Shown piece after piece: positions 25,200-37,281 of a stretch of 64,000 nt of DNA; position 1 is the first letter of the stretch; each line of letters begins with the position of its first letter. The notes beneath the pieces were generated by a model. The model saw only the letters and a program-made list of their open reading frames with translations, was not told the DNA's origin and did not search any database. Both the position numbers and the translations under genes were made by a program. Source of the stretch: Camelus dromedarius. Taxonomy: Eukaryota. The stretch covers positions 121,274,001 through 121,338,000 of the forward strand of contig NC_087437.1 of NCBI RefSeq assembly GCF_036321535.1, given 5' to 3'.

Positions 25200-25890
25200 T
25201 AGAACTCTAGCCCCAGAAAGCAACATTTTTTTCATCCTAACAAACACACAACGGCAATTTACTGGTATTTGAAGGATGTTGGACGTTTGTCAACATTGAC
25301 CAAGACACAGTGACCCCTACTACACCTTAAGCAGTGCCATCAGCAATGGCATTTTAAAGTACAACTGACTTTTGGGACAATTCGACAACGTGGAAGTTCA
25401 AAAAATATGGAGTAACTAGAGCCCAAGTCCTGTTTTGAAAAGGCAGGAGACAGCATTATTGATTCGACACATTCGATTGTCAAAGATCTTCAGGCTAATC
25501 GGAAAGACCTGAAACCACACAGGATTAGAAAATATGAACTACAGTGACTTTTCAGAGAAACAGATTGGTTACTCTGCAACCTGAATTAAAGGAATGTATG
25601 GTTTTCCCAAGAAGAGCAATGGTTAGGGAATAAGAATGACACAGTTACAATGGTGTCAACTTAGGAGAAATAACTGTCCAGCCCCCGTGCAACAGGGAGG
25701 GCTGGCCGCCAGCCTGCCAGACACCGTGGGCCGAGGCGGCTCTGGAACTCCAGGGCCCCCCCCTCAAGAGCGTGCATGCTGGAGTCACATGCTACGCACT
25801 TTCACGTGAGTTGTTTTTATTTGGTGGTCGACTGTGCCATTGGACTTTTCGTCATTATTAGTTAAAGAATTACTTTTAGAAAGGCCGGGT
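25200..25890 (+). mobile_element. Probable decayed hAT-Tip100 (Zaphod-like) transposase fragment
   Basis: AT-rich island; broken frames give SAISNGILKY / FWDN / LEPKSCFEKAGDSIIDSTHSIVKDLQANR, reminiscent of a hAT transposase helical region. Confidence 0.4.
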
Positions 25891-26852
25891 AAGAGATTGA
25901 ACCTTCTGCTTGGCAGGTGACATTCTAACCCCCGAGATTGTTAACACCGCGGAGATCTCATTTTCCAGCGCAGCTGAGCAGAGGGAGCACGGAGGGCCTC
26001 AGACCTCTGAGGAGCCTTGAAGGGATCTGGAAAGGTCTGTGGGTGCCCTGAGACAGGCAGGGGTCAGTGGAGCTCTGGGACAGAGGGAGGGGTGGACTGA
26101 GGCAGAGGGCTGTGCCGACAGGACAAAGCCCATTTGCCACGGTCAGATTAAGGGACGGCACAGAGCGTGCACCCCAGCTACGAGGGATGGCTCCAGTGGG
26201 GCCGCAAGCCGGAAGGGCCCCCTGGTCCCTGCCAGGTCGGGCCTCTCGGGGCCCAGGGGTTTGCCCTGGACAGAGACACAGGACAGTCTGCCGCCCACCG
26301 CCTGCGAGCAGTGGTGAGTCTCAAAGCCCTTCCCATGCCAGCCTCAGAGCCCTCTCAGGGACCAGAGGAAGGGGACTCTAGTGACTCTCCACCCACACTT
26401 TGACAAGACAGAAAACTGAGCTTCTTCCGGGTCATGCAGCCAGTGAGAGGTGGGGCTGAACTGGGACCCAGGGGTTCACCCTGGGGGTCCACTCTCCTTC
26501 CTGGTGTCTCAGTCCCACCGGGACAAGGTGGGAAATTTTCCAGAGGATTACTTCAAAACAAGCCGGAATATGTCACAAAAACAGGAAATGGACTGAGGGC
26601 AACTGACTCTACCGTTCATGTTTCTGGAACCCTCCACTGGGTACTAGCCAGCCCTGGCCCTGCCCAAGAGGATACAGGTTGGTATTTGGTCTCTCCCAGA
26701 CATCCCTCCCTACGTCCAGGCTGTGACTTCCTGGGAAGCCCCAGGTAGGGGGAGCTGCCTCTGAGCTTCCTCCTGCACATGCAGCGCCTGCAGCCCCCAC
26801 CCACAGGATCTCCGTTATGTCCATAGTTAGACCTGCGTCTGCTTGCTTTACT

Positions 26853-27210
26853 GAGCGGTTCTCAAAGTATCGGGTACATCAGAAGCACCTGGAGGCCCTG
26901 TCAAAACTGGGATTGCTAGACCCAAGTCGTCCCCAGAGCCTCTGACCCAGCAGGCCCGGGCCCAGGCCCAGCTCTGCGTCTAAGAGATCCGCGGTGAAGC
27001 TGAGCCTGTGGTCTCAACCAGCCTTTGAGAAGCGTGGCTCTGGTCCAGCAGGTCTCAACCCCAGCCGACGTCACCAGAGGCACATCTAGAAGCAGCAAGG
27101 CCGGCATGCCTGTGTGGCACTCGTGCTAGTGCTAGCCGTGAAGTCAGCGCCTGGTGGGTGCGGTTTGTTTAGGGCTCCCCAGGCCGCAGCTGGCTGAGAC
27201 CTGAGCTGGG
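26853..27210. mobile_element. MER5-type elements
   Basis: gcggttctcaaagt..catcagaa.cacctggagg...tttgagaagc termini. Confidence 0.6.
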
Positions 27211-27352
27211 AAGTGCTTACAGCGTGGGCAGGTGAAGTGTTCTAAGTCCCACACAGCAAGAAGCCCTCATGCAGTTAGAATTTAAACTAAGAGTAGGGGC
27301 CCAAAGCCAGTGCCTCCACATGTGCCCGTCCGTGGGTCTGCAGGGGCTGAGG

Positions 27353-28035
27353 GTGTGATACTGTGCCATAGTGATGGTCTGCATCCACTCCCGGAGCAGA
27401 GTCCCTAAACCCTTGGAATTTCCTGAGTGCTGAGTGATAAAGGTGTGTCTCTGTTATTCGTAACAAACCCTTCAACCATGTCTGAGTCTGTTCACAAGTG
27501 ACCTTTGGAAACCAGCTGTGGACGGGGGCCGGTGGCCAGGGGCACTGTCAGTGCCCTCTGCACCCCCACCTCCCGGGCGAGGAGAGGGGCTGGAGGGAAT
27601 TCATCAGTCATGCCTGGTAATGGAGCCTCCATGAAACCCCGAAAGGACAGGCTTCAGGGAGCTCCCAGATGTGAGGAGAGTGGGCTCAGACGGCCTGGAA
27701 GCTTATGCCCCTTCCCCACAACCTGCCCTGTGCACCTCTTCATCTGGCTATTCATTTATTATAAAATAAACCAGTAATCTAGTGAGTAAACTGTTTTCCA
27801 GTTGTGAGCTGCTCTAGCAAGTTAATGGAGTCTGATCTATAGCTGGTCTGTCAGAAGCACGGTGACAGCCTGGTATTGTGACTGGCGCCTGAGGGATGGG
27901 GGTGTCTTGTGGGACTAAGCCCTCAATCTGTAAGATCGCCAGGTAGATAGTGTCAGAATTGAGTTAAATTTGTGGGATGTCCAGTCAGTGTCCTCGGAGA
28001 ATTGAGTTAATCGCATGCTTTTGTGGGAAAACCGC
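27353..28035 (+). mobile_element. MER21-type LTR
   Basis: cctaaacccttggaatttcctgagtg..; gtgagctgctctagcaa; ccaggtagatagtgtcagaattgagttaaatt motifs. Confidence 0.8.
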
Positions 28036-28040
28036 CTATA

Positions 28041-28150
28041 CCAGAGGTGGCCCATTGTCCGGATTTGCCCAGACTGCAGGACTCCCCAGGATAAGGGACT
28101 TCGAGGGTAAAACCAGGATGTCCCAGGCCAACCCGGATTGCTGGTCACTG
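28041..28150. mobile_element. MER96-like palindromic hAT element
   Basis: Imperfect inverted arms gtggcccattgtccggatttgccc / caggccaacccggattgctggtcac. Confidence 0.5.
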
Positions 28151-29736
28151 GGATCTGGCTGCCAACAGCTCTCCCACGTCATTCTGATGCCTCCCTTCCC
28201 CCTCCAACGTGTGCCCCCTGCTTGTGCGGGAGCTCTGTCCTGAATTCTGGGTCTGGGCTGTGTGCAGGCTTCATAAAGCCCAGTGTTGTTTACAGCACTG
28301 AAAGTGGAGCTCACTCCACCGCCTGCCCAGCAGTTCTGGGGCAGGGGGCTAAGGGACGGTGAGGGCCCACCTGACTGGTGGACTTAGCAGGTCATGTGGG
28401 CACTCGGACTGAGCTGGTGAAGGAGAAACTGCTGAAGTACATGATGGTACCCAATGGAGGCTTCATTAAAATAGGCTAAAACACACCAGCTGCGTGTTAG
28501 CTCCCTGAAATGCACCTGCAGCCTAGAAACAAAAGCCACTGAGTGGCGTAGGTAAGTGATGGAGGATTTTGACCCTAATCGAGTCTCAAAACCTGCCTTT
28601 AAAACAGGAGGTGAATGAGAACACTGCTCGAGCTGGTGGGTACAGCTTGTGACGTTTCTTCCAGTCCACGGGCTCGGGCTGCTGGAGGGGGAGGCATGCT
28701 CCCCAGCTGGAGGTCTGGGGACTGGGGGGCCCAGGCATCATGAGAGAACTCCACCCCCAGCTGTAAGAGAGGGAATATGATTACCGCTGAGTGGGTAGAC
28801 GTGGATGCAGGAGAAAGACCCAGGGGACCACACCCAGGGGACCGCAGGTGATGGAGCCGTCTGGGGGAAGGAGCCAGACTTCCTTGGGCATACCTGTGGG
28901 ACATGGTGGGGGGACCTTCTGCGTGCAGACCACACGTGACGATGCGCTGGCCTGCCCGGGGTCCAGACGGGAGGGTCAAGACCTCACGTGCAGAGCCACC
29001 AACATTTACTGGCTGGGAAGACGGGATGACCTGCGGCCCAGTGATGTCTGAAAGCGATTCCGTTTTGTTCCATCTTGGAAAGATCAAATAAAGCCTGTTT
29101 CTTTTCCTAGGCATGGAAGGGGCGCTGCTAATTTGGTCAGAGGTTAATCTTTGGCTATTCTGTTTCAAATTTGGTGGTTTTCGAACAGGTCAGAAATGAG
29201 ATGCTAGGTGGTGCTAGAGTGGTGGGGTGGTGGGGCTGGGAGCGCCTGTGGGCTTTTGGCGGATGGAAGGATGGATGGACGGACAGAGAGGCATAAGAGC
29301 CCTTAGGTGGGATGAGAAGCTGCACTGAAGCCTCTGAGACACATGGTGAGACAGGAGAGCGTGCTGATGTCAGAGCAGCTGTGAGCGGGTGGGGCAGTGG
29401 GGAGGCCAGCCTGAGTGGGAGACAGAGCACCCTCCTCAGGGGAACGATCAGCAGTGAGGGTTCTTAGCAACTGAGCAGTCGTGGGCGAGGGGTACTGTCT
29501 GTGAATCTTGCTCTAAGTTCCGGATCCCGTGCTCTCCTTCCCAGTGCACATCATTTATAGTTTTACACTGGCGGCGCGGTGGCCCTTCTGTGTGTGTCCG
29601 CGATGGCAGCGAACGTGTAAGCTTTTGCCCACCGTTTTCTCAGTGACCGGCACGAGGGGTCCTCCGTATGTGCTTTTGGAATGAATCCACGTTTTTAAAT
29701 CAAGATTTATGCTGGGAATTTAATAAAGAATTATTT

Positions 29737-29829
29737 GGGGAGGGGAGAGTACAGCTCAGTGATAGAGTGTGTGCTTAGCATGCATGAGGTCCTGGGTTCA
29801 ATCCTCGGTACCTCCATTAAGAAGAAGAA
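29737..29829 (+). mobile_element. tRNA-derived SINE (Vic-1-like, short form)
   Basis: A/B boxes, ends at CCTCCATTAA plus a short A-rich tail. Confidence 0.85.
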
Positions 29830-30547
29830 TTGTATACTTTAGGGAAAAAATAAGGGCAAATATCACCTGAAAGTGTCTCTATGCTCGTGAATATAGATCC
29901 ACAAACTGGCGCCCTGCACTCATACCTACCCGCCCCTCAGGTCGGTAACATGCAGGAACGGCGGCGCTGGTAGGGCTGCAGGGGGCGTTCAACACCAGGA
30001 TACGGCCCTTTCCTTGGGGGCCCCGGCCCTCCCCACCCTGACAGGCCCTCGCTGGCCGCACCTGGACCCGGGCCCAAACTGAGCCTGCTGAGGTCGGCGG
30101 ACACTCATGTGTCTTAGTGACCTCGCTGGGACCCCACCATGCATCACACAAGACTGGGCGGCACCTGGTCACCATGACCTCCAGGTCACCCCAGGAAACA
30201 GCACGTGAGAAACACACTCACTTTAAACTCTTCCGCCCAGTACCCAAGAGCAGGTGTAGACAGCTGAGAGGGTGACAGACACCCACTTTCCATCTTCCCT
30301 GTTCAGGCTCGGCAGCAGGACCCCTGTGGTGGGACTGCCCCGCCACTCCTGTTGCCCCCCACCCCCATTCTGCAAGCTGCTGGGATGTGGGGCAAGGACA
30401 GGGACAGAGAGGGCCTTGCACGGGAAACAGGGGAGGAAGGAGGAAGGAGAACACTATGCCATAGCCCAAAGTCCATGCAGACCCTGAGTGTGTGACAAGC
30501 AGGGGTGGGGCGCAGGGCCCAGCTCCCACGGACGCATGTGTGAAAGT

Positions 30548-30553
30548 TTTATT
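30548..30553 (-). terminator. ITGB2 polyadenylation signal AATAAA
   Basis: Canonical hexamer about 430 nt after the stop codon. Confidence 0.85.
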
Positions 30554-30981
30554 AACTTGTTTCTGTACACGAGACTGGAGACAGCATGATCAATGGGATG
30601 TCATTTCATACTCTGATGAGCTCACATATAAATAAATCTGCACTACCTTCCATCAGACTGCTGTGCTAATTTTTACAAAGGAAAACACGTGTCTAACCTC
30701 GTAAGACGCAAGCAATTCCTTTTTCAAGGTGCTATAAAAAGTCACGCGTATCAGAGGGAGGAGGCTGTCCCTTCTGATGGGTCCACACAATCATCCGGCC
30801 ATATCTGTCATTTTGAGGGCAGAAGGAACAGTGGATTTTTTGTTAATGGTGAAGTTGTCAAGCGTTGTCAGCTGTGTCCACTGGGCGGGGTTGCGATCAG
30901 CCTGCTGCAGGAGATGTGGCTTGGGGATAGTCCCATCCGGGCAGTTGAGAAGGCCTTGTCTTCACTCTTCACCAAGCACCC

Positions 30982-31044
30982 CTAACTCTCAGCAAACTTG
31001 GGGTTCATGACTGTGGTGGTGGCGCTCTTGAAAAGGGGGTTGTC
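30982..31044 (-). CDS. ITGB2: ITGB2 exon 16 coding part (NPLF, TTT, NPKF; stop)
   Basis: [23 protein letters not shown]; spliced CDS totals 2310 nt = 769 aa + stop. Confidence 0.97.
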   Translation of the reverse strand, partial: DNPLFKSATTTVMNPKFAES

Positions 31045-31221
31045 CTGGTAAGGAAAGCAAATGTGACTTAGTGCAGGGGGGCGGGACTGGGCGGGGCGGG
31101 CGGCTTCCTGCAGGCTCTGGTTAGGGGTCAGCCGTGGGGACATCTGGGGGCTGGGGCCGGGGTGGGGCTGTGCGGGGAGGGAGACGAGGCTGCGTGAGGG
31201 CGGGGAGGGGGCGGTGCTCAC

Positions 31222-31388
31222 GTTGTTCCACTGGGACTTGAGCTTCTCCTTCTCGAAGCGTTTGTACTCCCGGAGGTCACTCAGGTGGGTCAGGACCTTC
31301 CAGATGCCCAGCAGGAGGATGCCGATGAGCACGACCCCACCCAGGGTGCCCCCCACGATGGCAGCAATGTTGGGGCCCATCACACACT
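31222..31388 (-). CDS. ITGB2: ITGB2 exon 15 (TM and membrane-proximal tail)
   Basis: [56 protein letters not shown]; 167 nt. Confidence 0.97.
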
Positions 31389-31415
31389 CTGAGGCAGGGA
31401 GGACACACAGGGCGT

Positions 31416-31476
31416 CAGGCCCTCCCCGACTCATAGGCCCTCCCCGACTCACAGGCCCTCCCCGACTCACAGGCCC
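31416..31476. repeat. 18-bp tandem repeat x3.4 (CAGGCCCTCCCCGACTCA)
   Basis: Direct inspection; one mismatch among the units. Confidence 0.95.
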
Positions 31477-33269
31477 CAGGCGCCCGTCCCAGTCCCTGAC
31501 AGCATCAGGGCCGCAGACTGGCTCTCAGTGACACGCAGGTGCACAAACCAACCCCCACCCTGGCCCCCGGTCAGGGAAGGCGCAGAACTGGGCACCACGC
31601 AGGCCCTGTGGTTCCAAAAGAAATTTGGAGGCCCCTTGTTTTCAGAGAAAGAAAGGGGGGCCAGGTTGCCAGTAACCAGGGCGACTCAGGGAACAGACAG
31701 CGTTCCCTGCCAGGACAGCCAATGGCCCACTCACCGGGAGCCACTGAGGCTGAGTCAGCACTTGCAGGAACCTGTCTGAGGGCCCCCGACACATCTCGTA
31801 CCAGGGCTTAGGGTCGGGGACTCTACCCGTGAAGGCATTCCTGGGGGAGCCAATGGCAGCATGGGGGGATGAATGGGGTGTGGCCCCAGTGCCGGTGTGG
31901 GGGCTGCCTCCAGGCTCCTCCTGAGTGTGGGGCCCCTGGATGGCAGCGCACCCTGCTTGGTCCTGGACAGAGGCACCACATTCGATGCAAGCCCCCATCT
32001 GCCTGGCTTTTGGGCTCTGGGGTTTGTGGGCGCGCCCCCTCCGTGCTGGCCTTCCCAGGGAGCCTCGCTGTCTGCACGGAGGTTGAACAACTTAGCCAGG
32101 ACCTGAACCCAAATCTGCCCATCAAGTAACCCAAGGAGTGCTGTCCGCCCCAGCAGGGCTCCGCAGCCCTGGGGCCACAGGAAGAGCCTGAGGGCCACCT
32201 GCCTCCTTGGGGTCCCTATGGTGGGTAGGGGGGCTGGGAGCAAGTCTCAGACCTGCAAGTAGCCCAGGGGGACCGCTGTCCCACGTCTGGTGTGGTCACC
32301 AGAGAAGCTGGCCTCCCAGCCTGTGTGCCCTGTCCCTCTCAGCCTCTCTGAGGGATGTAGGGGGGTCGGCTACTGAGAGCTGGTGTGTCCACATGTCTCC
32401 AGGTGCTGCTTAAACCACTCCCCTCACGGGTCTGTTACCCCAAGTCCCAGTGTCTCATGCACACTTTGTCACTGTCACCCACCCAATGTACCTCCTTGAA
32501 ACTGACCTCCTCCCACCCTGGGGGGGGGGGCGGCTGGGGATCCTCCACTTGTCACCTCCCCTCCTGATCCCACCCAAAGTTCCATCCAATAGTTGGCTCT
32601 GTCTGTGCCATCCCCAGGACCCCAACCGAGCCCTGAATCGCCAGTGGCACTTCACAGGTCTATGTCCAGCTTGTGAAAGCACCGCTGGCTCTTCTGGACG
32701 CCCAGTGGCAGCTTCCTGACCTAAGGCCTCCCAGGAGTCTCAGGGCCCCAGGAAGGGTACAGCCCAGCACCCTCGACCCTCTCTTCTCGTCGGGTAAACC
32801 CTGGTCTCAGCTGCACGGTCTTCCTCAAAGAGACCTTCTGACCTCGGGACGGCTGCTGCCAGGGTCTTTGCCCCACAGAACCTGGCTCACGTGTCTCGAG
32901 GGGCGGCCAGGGGTGTCCCCACCCCATGTCATGGGAACTTGTGAAGACTGGTTGGGTCTCTGGGTCCTGGGGCGGAACCGAGCGGCCGGTGGGCGGCAGC
33001 ATCCGGGGACACTTGGTGCCACCTCCGAGGGCCCCCCCAGAGCTGGGGCGGGACGCGGGTCCACCGGCCAGGGTGGTCCCGCAGCTCAGCCCTGGGGGCC
33101 TGCGCTCCAGGGCTCGGGGCAGTGCCTCCGCGGGAGAGCCGGCCGCCCCGGGGCACGCCGGGCCAGCGAGCGTCGGGGGCGAGCGGTGCGGCGAGGACAG
33201 GTCCCGACCCCGCCCGGCCCAGGCCCCGGCAGCGGAGGGAGCGCTGCGCGCAGGCGGCTCCCGGCTCAC

Positions 33270-33472
33270 CGCGCGTGTCGTTCACGTGCAGGTCGTAGTT
33301 GTCCCACCCGTCGCGCTGCCGCAGCGTGTAGGTCATCCAGCAGCCCTCGGAGTCGCGCTCCGTGCACTTGCGGCCGGACGCGGGGCTGGACAGCAGCTTC
33401 GTGTTCCCGCAAGCCTCGCTGCAGTTCTTGGCGAAGGGGCCGGTGCCGAACTTCAGGCACTCGGCGCAGTTG
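33270..33472 (-). CDS. ITGB2: ITGB2 exon 14 (beta-tail domain)
   Basis: [21 protein letters not shown]...[13 protein letters not shown]...VNDTR; 203 nt. Confidence 0.96.
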
Positions 33473-33681
33473 CTGCGGAGGAGCGGGGCGTGAGCGCGCG
33501 GGGCGGGGCTTCCGGGGGCGGGGCTCTGGAGGCGGGGCTTGGCCACCCGGAGCTGCGGGGACCGCAGGGGCGGTGGGGGGAGGGCCACCCGCCAGAGCCT
33601 TGGGCGCGGGGCCTGGCCTGGCAGCGGCTCTCCCGGGGGCGCGGCGGCGGCGCGAGGCCAGCGGGGCGGCGAGACACTCAC

Positions 33682-33901
33682 GCGTAGCGGCCACAGGGCA
33701 CCTGGCAGCCCGGGCATTCGACGCACAGCGGTGGCTGGTAGTTATTTTCGCACTGGCACACGTTGCAGCGGCACCGGCCGCGGCCGCTGCACTCGACGCC
33801 CTGCAGGTTGAGGCAGCCCTGCGTGGAGGAGGGGCATTGGCACGCCGAGCCCTCGAAGCCGTCCTTGCACCTGCAGGTGCCGCAGAAGCAGAGCCCCCGT
33901 T
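33682..33901 (-). CDS. ITGB2: ITGB2 exon 13 (I-EGF repeats)
   Basis: [23 protein letters not shown]...[14 protein letters not shown]...[11 protein letters not shown]; 220 nt. Confidence 0.96.
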
Positions 33902-34006
33902 CTGGAAGACAGGAGCCAGCGCCGACTTAGCCCCGCCCGAGCCCCTCACGGGCCCCCCACCCGCCCGGGCCGCGCCCGCGGCTGACGCTCTGTCCCCAGC
34001 GCTCAC

Positions 34007-34251
34007 TCTCGCCCCCGCAGACTTGGCCGTCGTAGCGTTCGCAGTTCACGTTGTCACACTCGCAGAACTGGCCGTAGATCTTCTTGTTGGGCACGTCGCT
34101 GGTGTGGCACACGCACTGCCCGCAGATGCAGTCCCCCAGCCCCGAGCAGATGATGGAGCTGTTGTCCTTCCGGCAGCTTCCCTCCAGCTCCTGGCTGCTG
34201 CGGCCGTGCGTCTGGCACTCGCAGTTCTTCCCAGTGTAGCCCGCATTGCAC
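34007..34251 (-). CDS. ITGB2: ITGB2 exon 12 (I-EGF repeats)
   Basis: [14 protein letters not shown]...[24 protein letters not shown]; 245 nt. Confidence 0.96.
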
Positions 34252-34329
34252 CTGACGGGAAGTGTGAGGTCAGGGTAGTACCGCCCTGCAGCGGGAGCCC
34301 CTGTGCCAACCGGGCCTCAGCCGTCTCAC

Positions 34330-34517
34330 CTGCAGACGCCGCACTCCATGGAGCCCTTGCCGCCGCAGAGGCTTGGGTTCTGGCTGGTGTCCCGGCACCG
34401 GCACTCGCACTGGGGGAGGACCCGCACGGTCACCGTGTCCGTGAAGCCCAGTGCCCGGATGACAAATGACTGCTCTTGGATGCACTCTGTGGCTGTGACC
34501 TTCACCTGGAAGGTGAT
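34330..34517 (-). CDS. ITGB2: ITGB2 exon 11
   Basis: [27 protein letters not shown]...SMECGVCR; 188 nt. Confidence 0.97.
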
Positions 34518-35762
34518 CTGCCGTGGGAAAGCAGGGCCCAGGTGAGCACGACACTGGGGTCGCAGCCCTGGTCCTATCTCCTCCCTGGGCAGCAAGGACA
34601 AAGGCACAGCCTAGCAGGTGAGGACCAGCGGCCAGGGCTCTCAGGCATGGAGGGCGCAGCGTCTGCTGGGCCCGGGAGGGAGTGGATCGAGGCGGCGTGG
34701 GGAACACAGACACTCGGAATGGCTCCTCAACTTGGGAGGAGAGACGAGGTAAGGAGGAGGTTTAGAGATGCTGGAACATAGGGGCCACAGAGCACCCCCC
34801 CCCCTTCCTCTGGTGGCCTGGGCTTGGGCGAGAGTGTCTTTAGAATACTTGGAGTCACATATCTCTCAAGAAGGATTTTCAAGTGATTTTATAAAGGATA
34901 TGTCTTTTCTCCATATAGTTTGTCCTGGAGCCCAGAAGGCTAAAACGCCAGAATCCCACAGGAAGTCCTAGTTTCTGCCTGTGGGGTTGTACTCTGACCC
35001 TGAATGCCCAAGCGGGCAGGGCAGAGTCCCCGCCACCCACACTGCACACCTGAAGCAGAAGCCAGCACTGAGCTCCAGGGAGCACCAGCTCGTCCAAAGC
35101 AAGCCTCACTGCAAATCAAGTTAAATCAGTTTCCTTCCAGTACATTTAAGACAGAGCAGGAACGTGGAGGAAGCAGTCAGCCAACCACAGACTGAATAAA
35201 TTCCCGTGCGGATCACCCGGTACGGGAGGGGTATTCCAGTAAAAATTCCCACCCGGAATTTAGTAAGTCACATATTTGAAAGAATTCCAATGTGATTTAA
35301 AGATGCAAGAAAAGCAAGAATTTTGTTGAATATTACTTTACAGCTGGTCAAAGGAGAAGTTTAATTGTTATGGTTATGATACATTTAAAATAGTAGGGAA
35401 ACAACCCAATGCCTATTTCTAATCATCTGTATGGCCCCTGCTTTAGCATCTTTGTCAAAAAACCAAACCAAACTACAAACATCAGGAAAATCAAACCAAA
35501 GCAGGTGCCTCACATGGAAGGAACGCCCTTCTTAAGCGGGTTGCTCTGTGCTCAGTGTCTGCCCCCAGGGGGCGCTGCCAGCTTGCCGTGGTCCGTCTAC
35601 ACTGGCCACAAATAGTGTTTGGCCTCCTTGGAGAGGATTTTAAAAGGAGATCCGGACCCACAGTAGACTGGGCCCCCACTGCCAGTGAGGCCTGTTTGCC
35701 AGGGTGCATCTCCACCCGATGTCCCTGGGGGAGCCCCTTCCAGAGCTGAGAGGGAGTCTCAC

Positions 35763-35903
35763 CGGGACGTTGATCTGGACACCGTCGCAGTCCCCTCTGG
35801 GCTGGTTCACCTGCGATACTCCGTTACTGCAGAAGGAGTCGTAGGTGACCTTCAGGGTGTCAGGGAGGGCGTTGTGATCCAGAAAGACTCTGGAGGACAG
35901 TTT
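35763..35903 (-). CDS. ITGB2: ITGB2 exon 10
   Basis: [25 protein letters not shown]...[14 protein letters not shown]; 141 nt. Confidence 0.97.
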
Positions 35904-36659
35904 CTGTGGGCAAAAAGCAGGGCAGTTAGGATGGTCCCACTGTCCCAGCCCTTCCTGGCCGATGACCTGCACGCCCCTCATGCCCCTCCCTCCACCTGGG
36001 CGTCCACTGAGCGCTGGGTGGGTGCTGGGTCCTGTGCCCCATGCAGTCTGATGGCAGGGTTACCCACACCATGGCCCCCAAGATAGGCCACGTGGAGGGG
36101 CCAGACATGGAGACAGGACATGGCCCCATGAGAACAGGGGCTCACTCACCACTGAGGCCCCAGTGCCTGGCCCAAGGTGGGAGCTGAAAAAACTGTCTAA
36201 GTGAATGAGAGAGAGACACAGAGAGAGAGACAAAGAGAGAAACAGACAGACAGATAGACAAGAGGGGAGAATGAGCCACTGATGGCGGCATCAACAAAGA
36301 ACCCCCGCCAGGCAGCCCTGGAGTTTGGGAGGGTCTGCTTAGGGGGGTTAGGGCTTTAACAGGGTGCAAGCAGCAAACGGATCCTCCTCTATGGGGTTCT
36401 AGCTTAACGCAGTGGCATCAGCCCACACCGTGTGCTCCCCGCAGGACCTTGGCTGGAAGAGGGCCTGGTGCCAGTGCTCCAGGGGAGGTCAGGAGGGTCT
36501 GGCGTGGCACCCAGAGGACACAGCCGCCCTGGGGGAAGCCCGAGGGGGCCCCTACAAGGCGGGGTCTCTCCTCTCCAGACCACCCTTCTGTTGACCTGCA
36601 GGGAGATGGTGTCTGTGCTGACCACCGAGGGCCCCCAGCCAAGTGCCTGGGGGACTCAC

Positions 36660-36749
36660 GTTGTAGGCGTTCTTGATGAGCTGGACCACGTTGCTGGAAT
36701 CCTCCGAGAGCTCCCCGACCGCAGACTTGGGGATGATCTCCGTGAGCTT
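36660..36749 (-). CDS. ITGB2: ITGB2 exon 9
   Basis: [30 protein letters not shown]; 90 nt. Confidence 0.97.
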
Positions 36750-36914
36750 CTGCCAAGGAAGCACACAGGGGGTCACAGCCAGAACCCGGGTGCCGAGGAA
36801 ACCTCAGTGTCCACCCGCTTTTGTAAAACCCCAGAGGGGTTCCTTCTTGTTTGTGGAATGGCTCAGAGAACCCCCACCGATTTCTCCTTGTGTTTGGTTA
36901 GGACAACACGTGGT

Positions 36915-37281
36915 CAGTGGCTTGCTGGCAAACGTTTGACACTCGGCTCCCAGGAAGGAAAGAGCCCGAAATTGCAGCGTTTGCCGATTTCTTTGGTCTA
37001 AATACTCCACCCTGGTTGATTTCAAGCTGGCAAAGTCGCGGAGGGCAGTGCTGGGAAGGGCGCTCATTCACCGTTAGGCGGCAACGCCACCGCACGGACA
37101 GGGCAGGCGCAGACAGTCTCAGCACATGGGTGATCATAGCACGTGGCGTAAGACCAGGGAGCGGTGAGTTCTGAGCGTGCTAATGAGTTGATATAATTTG
37201 ATTTTAATGATGACTGTGTTAAACAACAAAGTGACAATTGGCTCTGGCAGGCCAGTGCCAGCTGGTCCAGGGGCACCCCTG
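36915..37281. mobile_element. MER63-type (hAT-Blackjack) element
   Basis: Termini CAGTGGCTTGCTGG / CCAGGGGCACCCCTG; internal gcgtttgccgatttc..taaatactcc..gatttcaagct. Confidence 0.65.

Larger units (their letters stand above)
33000..34450. other. Intragenic CpG island over ITGB2 exons 11-14
   Basis: Dense CpG in both exons and the short introns. Confidence 0.75.

Noticed and set aside
34252..34329. 78-nt (3n) intron 11 as an in-frame retained intron
   Set aside because: In-frame TGA immediately after the donor; the 105-nt intron 12 also has an in-frame stop
32673..34469. 598-aa plus-strand ORF
   Set aside because: Antisense shadow of GC-rich ITGB2 exons 11-14; low-complexity Ala/Gly/Arg/Pro product with a non-ATG start
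35785..35800. RGD tripeptide in ITGB2 exon 10
   Set aside because: Also present in human CD18 as recalled; not novel
37128..37215. C/D-box-like motifs (TGATCA...CTGA, ATGATGA)
   Set aside because: Antisense to the host gene, wrong spacing, and inside a MER63-type element
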